Positions 1 to 10,669 of a stretch of 64,000 nucleotides of DNA are shown here, piece after piece. The notes below the pieces were generated by a model, which was given only the letters and a program-made list of their open reading frames with translations, was not told the origin of the DNA and searched no databases. The stretch is from Chloroflexota bacterium. Lineage in GTDB: Bacteria; Chloroflexota; Limnocylindria; Limnocylindrales; CSP1-4. Every line of letters starts with the position of its first letter. Within the stretch, counting starts at the first letter, position 1. The stretch lies in assembly GCA_021789435.1 (NCBI GenBank), contig JAJYJO010000003.1:10812-74811 (forward strand), written 5' to 3'. The position numbers were made by a program, and so were the translations under genes.

Positions 1-230
1 GTCGGTGCGAAGAGGACCGGCGAACGGCCGGCCGACGGCCCGGGGGGTCGGCGGTAGATGGCCTCGACGTAGCCCTTGGCCTGCGCCAGCCGCAGCATCC
101 GGTACGCCGTAGCCGGCCCCACGCCCAGCCGCTCGGCGACGCGGCGATAGGAGATGGGCTGGCGGGCCTCCGCGTAGAGGTCCAGCAAGGCGCCGACGGC
201 GTCGGACTGGCGATGGGTGAGACTGGTCAC
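1..230 (-). CDS. Winged helix-turn-helix transcriptional regulator (3' end runs off the window)
   Basis: Manual translation from GTG at 230: [59 protein letters not shown]...; HTH pattern VAERLGV..ATAYRML; not in the ORF track. Confidence 0.7.
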   Translation of the reverse strand, partial: MTSLTHRQSDAVGALLDLYAEARQPISYRRVAERLGVGPATAYRMLRLAQAKGYVEAIYRRPPGPSAGRSPVLFAP

Positions 231-272
231 GGGGCAGGCGCTGTTGCGGCTCGACGGACGGGGCGCTGGAGA

Positions 273-302
273 AGTATAGAAAGCAAAGAATGGGCTCGTC
301 AA
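273..302 (-). promoter_or_regulatory. Sigma70-type promoter for the wHTH gene
   Basis: Minus strand TTGACG (302-297), 18-nt spacer, TATACT (278-273), in an AT-rich patch. Confidence 0.6.
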
Positions 303-463
303 AGGGCGCGGTTCCCCTGCGGCGTTGCGGCGTGGCTCCCCGCGGACGCCGGGCGGGTCGCCGCGCGGTTGCGTTCGCCCATGCCGGAGAGGCGTCGCGA
401 GGGATCCGGGCCCGCTCTGCTACCCTTCCCGCCACGATCGCCACCCAAACGAAGGCCGCCACG

Positions 464-1930
464 ATGCCCGAGCCAGGCTCCCGCGCCCCGCATCCCCGGA
501 CGCTCGTCGAGAAGATCTGGGACGACCACGTCGTCAGCCAGGACCAAGGTGCGCCGGCCGTCCTGGCCATCGACCTCCACCTCGTCCACGAGGTGACGAG
601 CCCCCAGGCCTTCACCGGCCTCCGGGAGCGAGGGCTCGGGGTCCGCCGGCCGGGCCAGACCGTGGCCACCGCCGACCACTCGATCCCCACCACCGGCCGA
701 GGCCTCCCCATCGTCGATCAGCTGGCCGCCGCGCAGGTGCGCCAGCTCGAGGACAACTGCCGCGACTTCGGCATCCCGCTCCACGGCATCGGCTCGCCGG
801 ACCAGGGGATCGTCCACGTCATCGGCCCCCAGCTCGGCCTCACCCAGCCCGGCATGACCATCGTCTGCGGCGATTCGCACACGGCCACCCATGGGGCCTT
901 CGGCGCGCTCGCCTTCGGGGTCGGCACGTCCGAGGTGGAGATGGTCCTGGCGACCCAGTGCCTGCTCCAGCGCCGGCCCAGGACCTGCGAGGTCCGGGTG
1001 GACGGCCGCCTGGCACCCGGCGTCTCCGCCAAGGACATCATCCTGGCCCTCATCGCCCGGATCGGCGTCGGCGGGGGAACCGGCCACGTCTTCGAGTACG
1101 CCGGACCGGCCATCCGCGCCCTCACGATGGACGAGCGGATGACGATCTGCAACATGTCGATCGAGGGCGGAGCGCGGGCCGGCCTGATCGCCCCGGACGA
1201 CACCACCTTCGAGTACCTCCACGGCCGCCGCCATGTCCCGCAGGGCGCGGACTGGGAGGCCGCGGTCGAGCGCTGGCGGCGGCTCCCGACCGACGCGGGG
1301 GCGGCCTTCGACCGGAGCATCACGCTCGACGCCGGGGCCCTGGAACCGATGGTCACCTACGGCACGAACCCCGGGATGGGGATCGGCATCGGTGGCCGCG
1401 TGCCCGATCCGGCGGAGTCGGCCGAGCCGGCCCAGCGGCGAGCCCTGGAACGGGCGCTCGAGTACATGGCCCTGACGCCGGGCCAGCCGATCCTCGGTCA
1501 GCCCGTCGACGTCGTCTTCATCGGGAGCTGCACCAACAGCCGGATCAGCGACCTCCGCCTGGCGGCCTCGGTCCTGCGCGGCCGGCGCGTGGCGGAGGGC
1601 GTGCGGGTCATGGTCGTGCCCGGCTCGGACGAGGTGAAGCGTCAGGCCGAGCGCGAGGGCCTGGCCGACATCTTCCGGGCCGCCGGAGCCGACTGGCGCG
1701 AGGCCGGTTGCTCGATGTGCATCGCCATGAACGGCGACCAGCTCGCGCCCGGCCAGTATGCCGTCAGCACCTCCAACCGCAACTTCGAGGGGCGCCAGGG
1801 CAAGGGCGGCCGGACCTTCCTGGCCTCGCCACTCACGGCGGCGGCCACCGCCCTGGCAGGTGCGATCGCCGACCCGCGGGCCCTGCCCGGGTTGAGCGGC
1901 CAGGCGCAGGTCGTCGTCGGAGGCCGCTGA
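464..1930 (+). CDS. leuC: 3-isopropylmalate dehydratase large subunit
   Basis: Motifs [45 protein letters not shown]; start trimmed to ATG 464 ([16 protein letters not shown]). Confidence 0.97.
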   Translation: MPEPGSRAPHPRTLVEKIWDDHVVSQDQGAPAVLAIDLHLVHEVTSPQAFTGLRERGLGVRRPGQTVATADHSIPTTGRGLPIVDQLAAAQVRQLEDNCRDFGIPLHGIGSPDQGIVHVIGPQLGLTQPGMTIVCGDSHTATHGAFGALAFGVGTSEVEMVLATQCLLQRRPRTCEVRVDGRLAPGVSAKDIILALIARIGVGGGTGHVFEYAGPAIRALTMDERMTICNMSIEGGARAGLIAPDDTTFEYLHGRRHVPQGADWEAAVERWRRLPTDAGAAFDRSITLDAGALEPMVTYGTNPGMGIGIGGRVPDPAESAEPAQRRALERALEYMALTPGQPILGQPVDVVFIGSCTNSRISDLRLAASVLRGRRVAEGVRVMVVPGSDEVKRQAEREGLADIFRAAGADWREAGCSMCIAMNGDQLAPGQYAVSTSNRNFEGRQGKGGRTFLASPLTAAATALAGAIADPRALPGLSGQAQVVVGGR

Positions 1931-1931
1931 G

Positions 1932-2552
1932 ATGGCCGAGCCCTTCGCCCGCTTCACCAGCCCGGTCATCCCGCTGCCGCGCGAGAACGTCGACACGGAC
2001 CAGGTCGTCCCGGCGCGCTACCTGAAGGTCACCGACAAGGCCGGCCTCGCCGACGCCCTCTTCCGGGACTGGCGCTTCACCGAGGCCGGCGCGCTTCGCG
2101 AGCCGCGTTTCGTCCTCGATCTGCCCGGAATGGCCGGGCGCCGGATCCTGCTGGCCGGCGACAACTTCGGGGCAGGTTCGTCCCGCGAGCACGCGCCGTG
2201 GGCGCTCACCGCCTGGGGCATCCGGGCGATCCTCTCGACCGGCTTCGCCGACATCTTCCGGGCCAACGCGCTCAAGAACGGCCTGCTGCCGATCGTCGTG
2301 GACGCCGAGACGCACCGCCGGCTCTTCGAGCTGGTCGCGGCCGACCCGGAGCTGGAGCTGACGGTCGATCTCGAGGAGCAGGCCGTCCACCTGCCGGGCG
2401 ACGAGGAGATCTCCTTCGAGGTGGACCCGTTCGCCAGGCAGATGCTGCTGGCGGGCACCGACGAGCTCGGCTACCTCCTCGCCAAGACGACGGCGTTCGA
2501 GACGTGGGAAGTGAGCCATCCGCCGCGGGTCGACACCCTGGCCGCCCGCTGA
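1932..2552 (+). CDS. leuD: 3-isopropylmalate dehydratase small subunit
   Basis: NVDTDQVVPARYL, NFGAGSSREHAPWAL, FADIFRANALKNGLLP; directly follows leuC. Confidence 0.96.
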   Translation: MAEPFARFTSPVIPLPRENVDTDQVVPARYLKVTDKAGLADALFRDWRFTEAGALREPRFVLDLPGMAGRRILLAGDNFGAGSSREHAPWALTAWGIRAILSTGFADIFRANALKNGLLPIVVDAETHRRLFELVAADPELELTVDLEEQAVHLPGDEEISFEVDPFARQMLLAGTDELGYLLAKTTAFETWEVSHPPRVDTLAAR

Positions 2553-2671
2553 GCGGGGGACTCGGCGGCCCGCCTCGGTGGGCCGCCTGCAGGGCGCGAC
2601 GCCCCGGGCGTGCCGGTCGACCGGTGGGCCGCCATGACCGCGGATCGCCGGCCGTCAGCGATACTTGACCG

Positions 2672-3844
2672 GTGAACCTGGTCGATGTCTTCGCGGTCGT
2701 GCTCCTCGTGGTCGCCGTCATCCTCGGTGTCCGCTCCGGAGCGCTCCCCCAGGTGCTCGGGCTGGCCGGCGCGGTCGCCGGCGTGGCCGCCGTGATCGGC
2801 CTGCTGCCCTTCGTCCAGGGTCAGCTTGACCGGCTCGACCTGGGGCTGCGGGCCGCAGCCGCCCTCATCGCCCTCTTCCTCGGCCTGGGGATCGGCGAGG
2901 CCGTGGGGTCGGCCCTGGGGACCTACCTCCGCTACCGGCTGGGGCGGGGCCTGCTCCGCGCGATCGACGAGGTCGGTGGCGGTTTCGTCGGGCTCCTCCA
3001 GGGGATCCTGATCGTCTGGCTCGTCGGCGGCCTCATCGCGATCAGCGCCCTGCCCACGCTCACGGGCCAGGCGCAGCGCTCGGTCGCGCTGCGGACGCTC
3101 GACGCCGTGCTGCCGCCGCCGGGCACGTTCACGGCGGACCTCCGCGGGCTCCTCGACGCCTCGGGCCTGCCCGACCTGTTCGTCGGGCTCGAACCGGCGC
3201 CCGCGCCGGCGGTCACGCTCCCCGGCTCGGCCGAGGCCCGGACGATCGCCGAGGCCGCCATCGCGAGCACCGCCGAAGTCCAGTCGGATGCCTGCGGCTA
3301 CGCCCTCACCGGGACCGGCTTCGTCGTCGGGCGCGGCTACGTGGTGACCAACGCCCACGTGATCGCCGGGGCGAGCGACATCGTGGTGGAGCTCGGCGGT
3401 CGCTTCCCGGCCGCGCCGGTCCTCTTCGACCCGGAGCTGGACGTGGCCGTTCTCTACGTGCCGGGCCTCGACGCCCCGGCGCTTCGGTTCGCGACCGCCA
3501 CCCCGCGGCGGGGCACGGTCGCGGCCGCCCTCGGTCACCCGCTGGCGGGGCCCCTGACGGTCATTCCGGCCGGTGTCACCAACTCCTACCCCGCCGAGGG
3601 CTACGACCTGTACGGGCAGCGGACCGTCGTCCGCCAGATCGTGGAGCTGAGCGCCCAGATCCAGCGCGGCGACAGCGGCGGTCCACTGGTCCTCGCCGAC
3701 GGCACGGTCGGCGGGGTCGTCTTCGCCGAAGCGCGCAACAGCCCCAACGTGGGCTATGCGCTGGCGCCCGGCGAAGTGTCCGCGCGGGTCGCGCCGGCCC
3801 TCGGCCGGACCGCCGCCGTCGGCACGGGGCCCTGCACGCAGTAG
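2672..3844 (+). CDS. marP: MarP-family membrane serine protease (N-terminal TM helices plus trypsin-like domain)
   Basis: Four hydrophobic N-terminal segments; triad motifs TNAHV, DVAVL, GDSGGP; cysteines in DACG and terminal GPC as in MarP. Confidence 0.85.
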   Translation: MNLVDVFAVVLLVVAVILGVRSGALPQVLGLAGAVAGVAAVIGLLPFVQGQLDRLDLGLRAAAALIALFLGLGIGEAVGSALGTYLRYRLGRGLLRAIDEVGGGFVGLLQGILIVWLVGGLIAISALPTLTGQAQRSVALRTLDAVLPPPGTFTADLRGLLDASGLPDLFVGLEPAPAPAVTLPGSAEARTIAEAAIASTAEVQSDACGYALTGTGFVVGRGYVVTNAHVIAGASDIVVELGGRFPAAPVLFDPELDVAVLYVPGLDAPALRFATATPRRGTVAAALGHPLAGPLTVIPAGVTNSYPAEGYDLYGQRTVVRQIVELSAQIQRGDSGGPLVLADGTVGGVVFAEARNSPNVGYALAPGEVSARVAPALGRTAAVGTGPCTQ

Positions 3845-3966
3845 GCTCGGCGGACCGGCGCGGCGTTCGGGCCTGACCCCTCGGCCGGGTGGTCAGGCCG
3901 CCAGGCGCGCGACGACGAAGCCGCCCGGCATGGACGGGTCAAGGCCGGAGCTGCCCGAAGCAGGAA

Positions 3967-3989
3967 GCCGGCGATCGGCCTTCGCCGGC
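3967..3989. terminator. Hairpin between convergent marP and aminotransferase genes
   Basis: GCCGGCGA-7nt-TCGCCGGC inverted repeat; no U tract. Confidence 0.3.
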
Positions 3990-4005
3990 GTCGCCCACCT
4001 ACGAC

Positions 4006-5211
4006 CTACGCCTCGATCACCGCCGCCAGGGCATCCACCACGCAGGGCAGGTTCGCCGCGGTCAGCCCGGCAACGTTGACCCGCCCCCCGGCCACGACGT
4101 AGACGCCGAACTCATCGCGCAGCCGCCCCACCTGGGCCGGCCCGAGCCCGAGAAGGGCGAACATGCCGCGCTGGCGCCGAAGCGGCTCCCAGTCGCCGGG
4201 CACCCCCGCCGCGGTGAGCGCGTCCACGAACGCCGCCCGGTTGGCCCGGATGCGGTCGCGCATGCCGGCAAGCTCGGTCTCCCAGCGCGCCCGGAGGGCG
4301 GAGTCGGCCAGGATCGCCTCGACAACGTCCGCCCCGTGGGACGGCGGGTTGGAGTAGTTGGCGCGGATCGCCACCCGCACGTGGCTCAGGGCGGCCGCCG
4401 CCCGCCCCGCATCGGCGGCCACCACCGCCAGCGCGCCCACCCGCTCGTTGTAAAGGGCGAAGTTCTTGGAGAAGCTGGAGCAGACCAGGAACTCGAGTCC
4501 CGGGCGCGCCAGGCCGGCCAGCCAGTCGGCGTCCTCCCGGAGCCCATGGCCGAAGCCCTGGTAGGCGAAGTCGACGATCGGCAGCAGTTCGCGCTCGACG
4601 ACCAGGTCGGCGATCGCCCGCCACAGCAGGGGCGACGGGTCCACGCCGGTCGGGTTGTGGCACGAGCCCTGGAGCAGGACCAGGTCACCGGGATCGGCCG
4701 AGCGCAGCGCTCCGAGCAGAGCGGCCTCGTCGATCTGCCGGCCACCCGCCCGGAGGTAGGGGTAGGAGCGGAGACCGAAACCGGCCAGCCCGAACAGCTG
4801 GGGATGGTTGGGCCAGGTCGGCTGCGGCAGCCAGAGCGTCCGCGAGGCGCCCGCCTGGAGCAGGAAGTCGGCCGCGACCCGGAGCGCCCCGGTGCCGCCG
4901 GGCGTCTGGGCCACGGCGGCCCGGTTCCCGGCCACGATCCCCGCCACGTCGGCGAAGACCAGCTCCGCCACGGCCCGACGGTAGCCCGGCGACCCCTCGA
5001 TCGGCCGGTAGACCTTGGACTGGGCCCGTTCCACCAGCCGTCGCTCGGCCTCGATCACCGAGGGCAGGACCGGCGTCGTCCCGGACTCGTCGACGTAGAC
5101 GCCGACCGACAGGTTGACCTTCGCCGGGCGCGCATCGGAGCGGAAGGCCTCGGCCAGGCCGAGGATGGAGTCCGGCGGCGCCGGTGTCAGGGCCTTGAGG
5201 GGGAGGGGCAT
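4006..5211 (-). CDS. aspC: Aspartate/aromatic amino acid aminotransferase (AspC/TyrB type)
   Basis: PPDSILGL, KVNLSVGVY, QTPGGTGAL, CHNPTG, DFAYQGF, SFSKNFALYNERVG (PLP Lys), GRVNVAG; start at ATG 5211. Confidence 0.9.
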   Translation of the reverse strand: MPLPLKALTPAPPDSILGLAEAFRSDARPAKVNLSVGVYVDESGTTPVLPSVIEAERRLVERAQSKVYRPIEGSPGYRRAVAELVFADVAGIVAGNRAAVAQTPGGTGALRVAADFLLQAGASRTLWLPQPTWPNHPQLFGLAGFGLRSYPYLRAGGRQIDEAALLGALRSADPGDLVLLQGSCHNPTGVDPSPLLWRAIADLVVERELLPIVDFAYQGFGHGLREDADWLAGLARPGLEFLVCSSFSKNFALYNERVGALAVVAADAGRAAAALSHVRVAIRANYSNPPSHGADVVEAILADSALRARWETELAGMRDRIRANRAAFVDALTAAGVPGDWEPLRRQRGMFALLGLGPAQVGRLRDEFGVYVVAGGRVNVAGLTAANLPCVVDALAAVIEA

Positions 5212-5347
5212 GCCCCAACGATAGCGGGCGGCACCGTCGCCTGCCTCACGCGGGACGGCGGCTTGCCCCGGCCCGGCCTCCGGCGTCGGGGGCCGGGGGG
5301 CGGCTAAACTGACCCTGCCTTGTCGCCGCCCCCCCTCGAGGATCACG

Positions 5348-7105
5348 ATGCCCGACCAGCCGGACGCCCGCGCCCCCCTCCCCTACGACCGGCCGACCGA
5401 CCCGGCCAAGCGCCACAGCGCGACCCTGACCGACGGCCCGGATCGGGCACCAGCACGGGCGATGCTGAAAGCCATCGGCTTCACCGACGAGGACCTCGCC
5501 CGACCGCTCATCGGCGTCGCCACGACCTGGATCGAGACGATGCCCTGCAACTACAACCAGCGCCGGCTGGCCGAGTTCGTCAAGGAGGGGATCCGGGCCG
5601 CCGGCGGGACGCCGATGGAGTTCAGCACGATCTCGGTCTCCGACGGCGTGGCCATGGGCACGGAGGGCATGAAGAGCAGCCTGATCAGCCGCGAGGTCGT
5701 GGCGGATTCGATCGAGCTGGTCGTCCGCGGCCACCTGCTCGACGGCCTGGTCTGCCTGGTCGGCTGCGACAAGACGATCCCCGGGGCGGCGATGGCCCTC
5801 GGCCGCCTGGACGTCCCGGGCCTCGTCCTCTACAACGGCACGATCCTGCCGGGGGTCTACAAGGGCGCCGACGTGACCGTCCAGACCGTCTTCGAGGCGG
5901 TCGGGCGTTACCGAGCCGGAACCATGAGCGCCGCCGAGCTGTGGGCGCTGGAGCAGGTCGCCTGCCCCGGGCCGGGTGCCTGCGGCGGCCAGTTCACGGC
6001 CAACACCATGTCCACGGCCCTCGAGTTCCTCGGCCTCAGCCCGGCCGGCCTCAACGGGATCCCGGCCGAGGACCCGGCCAAGGACGAGGCCGCCCGGCGC
6101 TGCGGCGAGCTCGTCATGGACCTGGTCCGCGACGACGCCCGGCCGAGCGCCTTCGTGACGCGCGGCGCGCTGGAGAACGCGGTCGCCAGTGTCGCCGCGA
6201 CGGGCGGGAGCACCAACGGCGTCCTGCATCTGCTCGCCATCGCCCACGAGTTCGGGATCCCGCTGGGCATCGACGAGTTCGGCGAGATCGCCGACCGGAC
6301 CCCGATCCTGGCCGACCTTGTGCCCGGCGGTCGTTTCGTGGCCCTCGACATCCACCGGGCCGGTGGCGTGGCCCTGGTGGCCCGCGAGCTGCTCAAGGCC
6401 GGCTTGGTGCACGGGGACGAGCGGAACGTGGACGGGCGGACCCTGGCGGAGATCGCCGCCGCGGTCCGCGAGACGCCCGGCCAGCAGGTGGTCCGGCCGA
6501 TCGACCGGCCGCTCAAGCCGACCGGCGGCCTCAGCATCCTCCACGGCAGCCTGGCGCCGGAGGGCTGCGTCGTGAAGCTGGCCGGCCACGAGCGGCGATT
6601 CCATCGCGGGCCGGCCCGCGTCTTCGATTCGGAGGAGGCCTGCTTCGAGGCCGTCAAGGCCCGGGCGATCGCGCCGGACGACGTGGTCGTCATCCGCTAC
6701 GAAGGTCCGGCCGGCGGACCCGGCATGCGCGAGATGCTGGGCGTCACGGCCGCCCTGGTCGGCGAGGGCCTCGGCGACAGCGTGGCGCTGCTGACCGACG
6801 GCCGCTTCAGCGGCGCGACCCATGGCCTGATGGTCGGCCACGTGGCGCCGGAGGCCGCGCTGGGTGGGCCGATCGCCGTGGTCCGGGACGGAGACTCCAT
6901 CCTCTTCGACATCGACCGCCACGCGCTCGACCTGGAGATCACCGAGGCCGAGCTTGCGCGCCGGCTGGCGGCCTGGACGCCGCCGGGGGCGCGCTACACG
7001 GGCGGCGTCCTGGCGAAGTACGCGGCCCTGGTCAGCTCCGCCTCGGAGGGCGCGGTGACGACCGGTCGCCGGCTCGCCGAGCGCTCGGCGCGATCGGCCG
7101 GCTGA
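5348..7105 (+). CDS. ilvD: Dihydroxy-acid dehydratase
   Basis: [52 protein letters not shown]. Confidence 0.97.
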   Translation: MPDQPDARAPLPYDRPTDPAKRHSATLTDGPDRAPARAMLKAIGFTDEDLARPLIGVATTWIETMPCNYNQRRLAEFVKEGIRAAGGTPMEFSTISVSDGVAMGTEGMKSSLISREVVADSIELVVRGHLLDGLVCLVGCDKTIPGAAMALGRLDVPGLVLYNGTILPGVYKGADVTVQTVFEAVGRYRAGTMSAAELWALEQVACPGPGACGGQFTANTMSTALEFLGLSPAGLNGIPAEDPAKDEAARRCGELVMDLVRDDARPSAFVTRGALENAVASVAATGGSTNGVLHLLAIAHEFGIPLGIDEFGEIADRTPILADLVPGGRFVALDIHRAGGVALVARELLKAGLVHGDERNVDGRTLAEIAAAVRETPGQQVVRPIDRPLKPTGGLSILHGSLAPEGCVVKLAGHERRFHRGPARVFDSEEACFEAVKARAIAPDDVVVIRYEGPAGGPGMREMLGVTAALVGEGLGDSVALLTDGRFSGATHGLMVGHVAPEAALGGPIAVVRDGDSILFDIDRHALDLEITEAELARRLAAWTPPGARYTGGVLAKYAALVSSASEGAVTTGRRLAERSARSAG

Positions 7106-7115
7106 GGCCCGGAGA

Positions 7116-8561
7116 GTGCCGAGCGCCGACGGCGCGGCGGCCCGGCCGAGGGGTCAGGCGGGGGCAGGCCAGCCGGCCGGGCCCATCGGGCCGGCCGAAC
7201 AGGACGCCCTCGTTGAGATGCTCCAGGCGTTGATCCGCATCCCGACCGTCAACCCGCCGGGCGACGAGATCCTGGCCGCGCGCTACGTGGACGACCTGCT
7301 GCGCGACGAGGGCCTGGAGCCTGAGCTGCTGGAGCCGTTCCCCGGCCGCGCCTCGATCGTGGCCCGCCTCCGCGGCGCCGGCGGAGGCGGCGAGCCCCTC
7401 CTGCTTCTCTCGCACCTCGACGTCGTCCCGGCGCCCGCCGAGGGCTGGCGCCACGATCCGTTCTCAGGCGACGTGGCCGGCGGCTTCGTCTGGGGCCGCG
7501 GCGCGATCGACATGAAGTCGACGCTGGCCACGCAGCTGGCGGTGGTGCGCCGGCTGGCGGCCGAGACGCGGGCCGCCGGGCGCGATCCCGCCCGGGACCC
7601 GGTCCCGGGCCTGCGACGCGACCTGGTCCTGGCCGCGACCGCCGACGAGGAAGCCGGCGGCTTCGAGGGGGCGGGCTGGATCGTGGATCACCGGCCCGAG
7701 CTGCTGCAGGCGGCGGCCGCCCTGACCGAGGCCGGCGGCATCGGCCTGGTCTTCGGGGGGCGGCGGTTCTACCCGATCCAGGTCGCGGAGCGGGGATTCG
7801 TCGTCTACCGCCTGACGTTCCGCGGGACCTGGGGCCACGGCTCGGTGCCCCGGGACGACAACGCCGCCGTGCTGGCCGCCGAGGCCGTGGTGCGCCTGAC
7901 CGGCCCCGGTGCCCCGCGGCCCACGCCGGTGATGGAACGCTTCATCGAGACGGTGGCCGCCGGCCTGCCGCCGGCCGCCGCGGCCGCCCTCCGCGGCGCC
8001 GTGGACCCCGATCCGACCCGGAGCGAGGCCGCGCTCGCGGAGCTGTGCGGCGAACCGTACCGCCGGACCCTGCGCGCCGTCCTGCGCGACACCATCTCGC
8101 CGGACGTCATCCGGGCGGGCGTGAAGTACAACGTGATCCCCGGCACGGCCGAGATCGAGATCGATGTCCGTACCCTGCCCGGCACCGACGAGGCCGCGAT
8201 GACCGCCGAGCTCCGCCGTCGGCTCGGCGAGGCACTCTGGGAGCGGACGTCGGTCGAGGTCACCGGGCGCGGCGCGGCCGTGGAGGCGCCGACGGACAGC
8301 CCACTCTATCGGATCCTCGAGGCGACGCTCCGCGACCACGACCCGGCCGGCGTGCCCGTCCCCGTGATGGCCCACTTCGCCACCGACGCCAAGCACCTGG
8401 CGCGGATCGGCGTCCCGACCTACGGCTTCTCGCCGCTTCGACTGGGCCCCGGCGACCCGTATCTGGAGCTCTTCCACGCGGACGACGAGCGGGTTCCGCT
8501 GGCCGGTCTGCGGTTCGGCCTGTCGGTGCTCTACGACGTCGTTCGCCGCTACTGCGGCTGA
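7116..8561 (+). CDS. M20/M25/M40-family metallopeptidase or amidohydrolase
   Basis: SHLDVV, WGRGAIDMK, ADEEAG, GHGS, NVIP, terminal H..DER; start uncertain. Confidence 0.88.
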   Translation: MPSADGAAARPRGQAGAGQPAGPIGPAEQDALVEMLQALIRIPTVNPPGDEILAARYVDDLLRDEGLEPELLEPFPGRASIVARLRGAGGGGEPLLLLSHLDVVPAPAEGWRHDPFSGDVAGGFVWGRGAIDMKSTLATQLAVVRRLAAETRAAGRDPARDPVPGLRRDLVLAATADEEAGGFEGAGWIVDHRPELLQAAAALTEAGGIGLVFGGRRFYPIQVAERGFVVYRLTFRGTWGHGSVPRDDNAAVLAAEAVVRLTGPGAPRPTPVMERFIETVAAGLPPAAAAALRGAVDPDPTRSEAALAELCGEPYRRTLRAVLRDTISPDVIRAGVKYNVIPGTAEIEIDVRTLPGTDEAAMTAELRRRLGEALWERTSVEVTGRGAAVEAPTDSPLYRILEATLRDHDPAGVPVPVMAHFATDAKHLARIGVPTYGFSPLRLGPGDPYLELFHADDERVPLAGLRFGLSVLYDVVRRYCG

Positions 8562-9065
8562 CCCGGTCCCTGCGCCGAGGTCCTTCGTCGGAGCCGCTGC
8601 CGGAACCCCGGGCCGACGGCGGCCCGCCGTCCGCACAGGTTTCCCTCCGCCCGGCCGGCCGCCCATCGGTCCCGGCCCGCGCGGGCGGGGCGGGCCACCC
8701 TCGCGGGCCGTCCGGCACTTGCCCGCCCCGTCGGGCCGTCCGAAGAATGCCCGTGAGGGGAAGCGAAAGCCCCCCGTCTGATCGGTGGCCAGCCACAGGA
8801 AGCCGCCCGGCCGGCGAGCCGGCGGCCGGGCCCGGTCGCGAGACCGACCCGGAGGGGCCAGGGCGTCGAGCCCGACGTGCGCGTCCCCCAACGCCTGACC
8901 GCCGCCGCGAGGCTTCAGGGGTGTGAAGGCAGGATCGGCATTCGTCGCGCGCGTCGGTCGCGCGACCGGCCCCCGTCAGTCCCCCGACCGGGGCGCCCTG
9001 ACAGCGGCGGCTGCACGAACGGCCACGACGGACCCGACGAGGGGGGCTTCCGCGGAGGGTGTCCC

Positions 9066-9653
9066 TTGATCGTCCAGGAGGTCGTCCCGGGCCGGGGCCG
9101 AACCGGGAACGCGCGCTTCCTCGAAGAGGTGAGCGCCGCCACGGCCGGCGTCTCCCGCCTCGAGATGTGCATCCAGTGCGGCTGCTGCGGCGGCTCGTGC
9201 CCTTCGGCCGCCGAGATGGACCACACGCCGCGCCGGCTGTTCGCCCTGATCCGGGCGGGCATGCGGGACGAGGTCCTCGCCAGCAACACGCCCTGGATGT
9301 GCGTCTCCTGTTATCACTGCGTGGTCCGCTGCCCCCAGGGCGTTCACGTCGTGGACGTCATGTACACCCTCAAGAGCATGGCCGCGCACCAGCGCGCCTA
9401 TCGCGACGCGACCGCCCCCGACTTCTCGCGGACCTTCGTCCGCAACGTCGAGGCCTACGGCCGCAGCTTCGAGCTCGGCCTGACCGCGCTGCACTACCTG
9501 AAGCACTTCAGGCTGCGCCTGCCCGGCATGGCTCCGATGGGCATCGGGATGATGACCCGGGGACGGCTGGGACTCCGGCCACGGCGGATCGAGGGGTCGG
9601 ACCAGCTCGCCGCGATCCTGCGCCGTGCCAAGGGGCTGGAGGACGGGTCGTGA
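9066..9653 (+). CDS. hdrC: Heterodisulfide reductase subunit C
   Basis: Two 4Fe-4S motifs CIQCGCCGGSCP and CVSCYHCVVRCP; TTG start 9066 after GGAGG. Confidence 0.88.
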   Translation: MIVQEVVPGRGRTGNARFLEEVSAATAGVSRLEMCIQCGCCGGSCPSAAEMDHTPRRLFALIRAGMRDEVLASNTPWMCVSCYHCVVRCPQGVHVVDVMYTLKSMAAHQRAYRDATAPDFSRTFVRNVEAYGRSFELGLTALHYLKHFRLRLPGMAPMGIGMMTRGRLGLRPRRIEGSDQLAAILRRAKGLEDGS

Positions 9654-10669
9654 GCCACTACCTCTACTACCCCGGCTGCTCGATGGAGAGCAGCGCCGCA
9701 GCCTACCGGGAGTCCCTGGAAACCGTCCTCGGTCCGCTCGGGATCCGGCTCGAGGAGATCGACGACTGGAACTGCTGCGGGGCCACGGAATATGTCGGGA
9801 TCAGCCTCCTCCCGGCCTACGCGCTGATCGCCCGGAACCTGGCGCTGGCGGCGCGCCAGGCGGACGGGACCCGGACCCTGGTGGCGGCCTGCAGCGCCTG
9901 CTACCTCAACCTCGCCAAGGCGGACCACTACCTGCAGGAGAGCCGGACGCTGGCCGCCAACGTCAACAGCGCGCTCGGGGCGGGTGGGCTGGCCTACCGG
10001 GCAGGATCCGTGACCGTCCGCCATCTGCTCGAGGTGATCATCACCGACGTGGGCCTGGACGCGGTGCGCGCCGCCGTCTCCCGGCCACTCAGCGGGCTCA
10101 GGGTCGCGCCCTACCTGGGCTGCATGGTCCCCCGGCCCGATCCCGACCACCGCTGGACCGACCACGAGCGGCCGCGGGAGCTGGACCTGCTCCTGGCGGC
10201 CCTCGGGGCAGAGGTGGTCGACTACCCGCTCAAGACCGAGTGCTGCGGCGGCCACATGACCCAGATCAGCCCGGCCATCGGCTTCGAGCTGATACGCCGC
10301 CTGATCGCCGAGGCGACACGGCTCGGAGCGGACCTGATGGTCACCGTCTGCCCGATGTGCCAGATGAACGTCGACGCCTTCCAGGGCGAGACGAACCGCC
10401 ACTTCGGGACGCACTACCGCATGCCGATCCTCTTCTACACCCAGCTGATGGGCCTCGCCTTCGGCCGCGAGGCCCGCGAGGTGGGCATCGGCCGCGAGCT
10501 CGTCGACGCCCGCCCGGCCCTGGCTCGCATCGGGCTCCCAGTCCCATCCACGGCGGCGGAGGAGACGCCGGAGACGAAGGCGGCCCGCATCGAAGCCGCC
10601 CATCGCCGCCGGCAGGCCCTGCCGATGCCGCCGATGCCCGGTGACGCACGGGAAGAGGGACCCCGGTGA
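9650..10669 (+). CDS. hdrB: Heterodisulfide reductase subunit B
   Basis: YYPGC, DWNCCGA, ACSAC, YLGC, ECCGG, VCPMCQ (two CCG domains); GTG overlaps the hdrC stop. Confidence 0.92.
   Translation: MSHYLYYPGCSMESSAAAYRESLETVLGPLGIRLEEIDDWNCCGATEYVGISLLPAYALIARNLALAARQADGTRTLVAACSACYLNLAKADHYLQESRTLAANVNSALGAGGLAYRAGSVTVRHLLEVIITDVGLDAVRAAVSRPLSGLRVAPYLGCMVPRPDPDHRWTDHERPRELDLLLAALGAEVVDYPLKTECCGGHMTQISPAIGFELIRRLIAEATRLGADLMVTVCPMCQMNVDAFQGETNRHFGTHYRMPILFYTQLMGLAFGREAREVGIGRELVDARPALARIGLPVPSTAAEETPETKAARIEAAHRRRQALPMPPMPGDAREEGPR

Noticed and set aside
231-463. Leucine attenuator or T-box upstream of leuC
   Set aside because: No Leu-rich leader peptide, T-box consensus or U-tract terminator seen.
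8745-8810. c-di-GMP-I riboswitch-like fragments (GTGA loop, AAAGC)
   Set aside because: The P3 stem cannot pair and the GGCAAA/GACGC core is missing.
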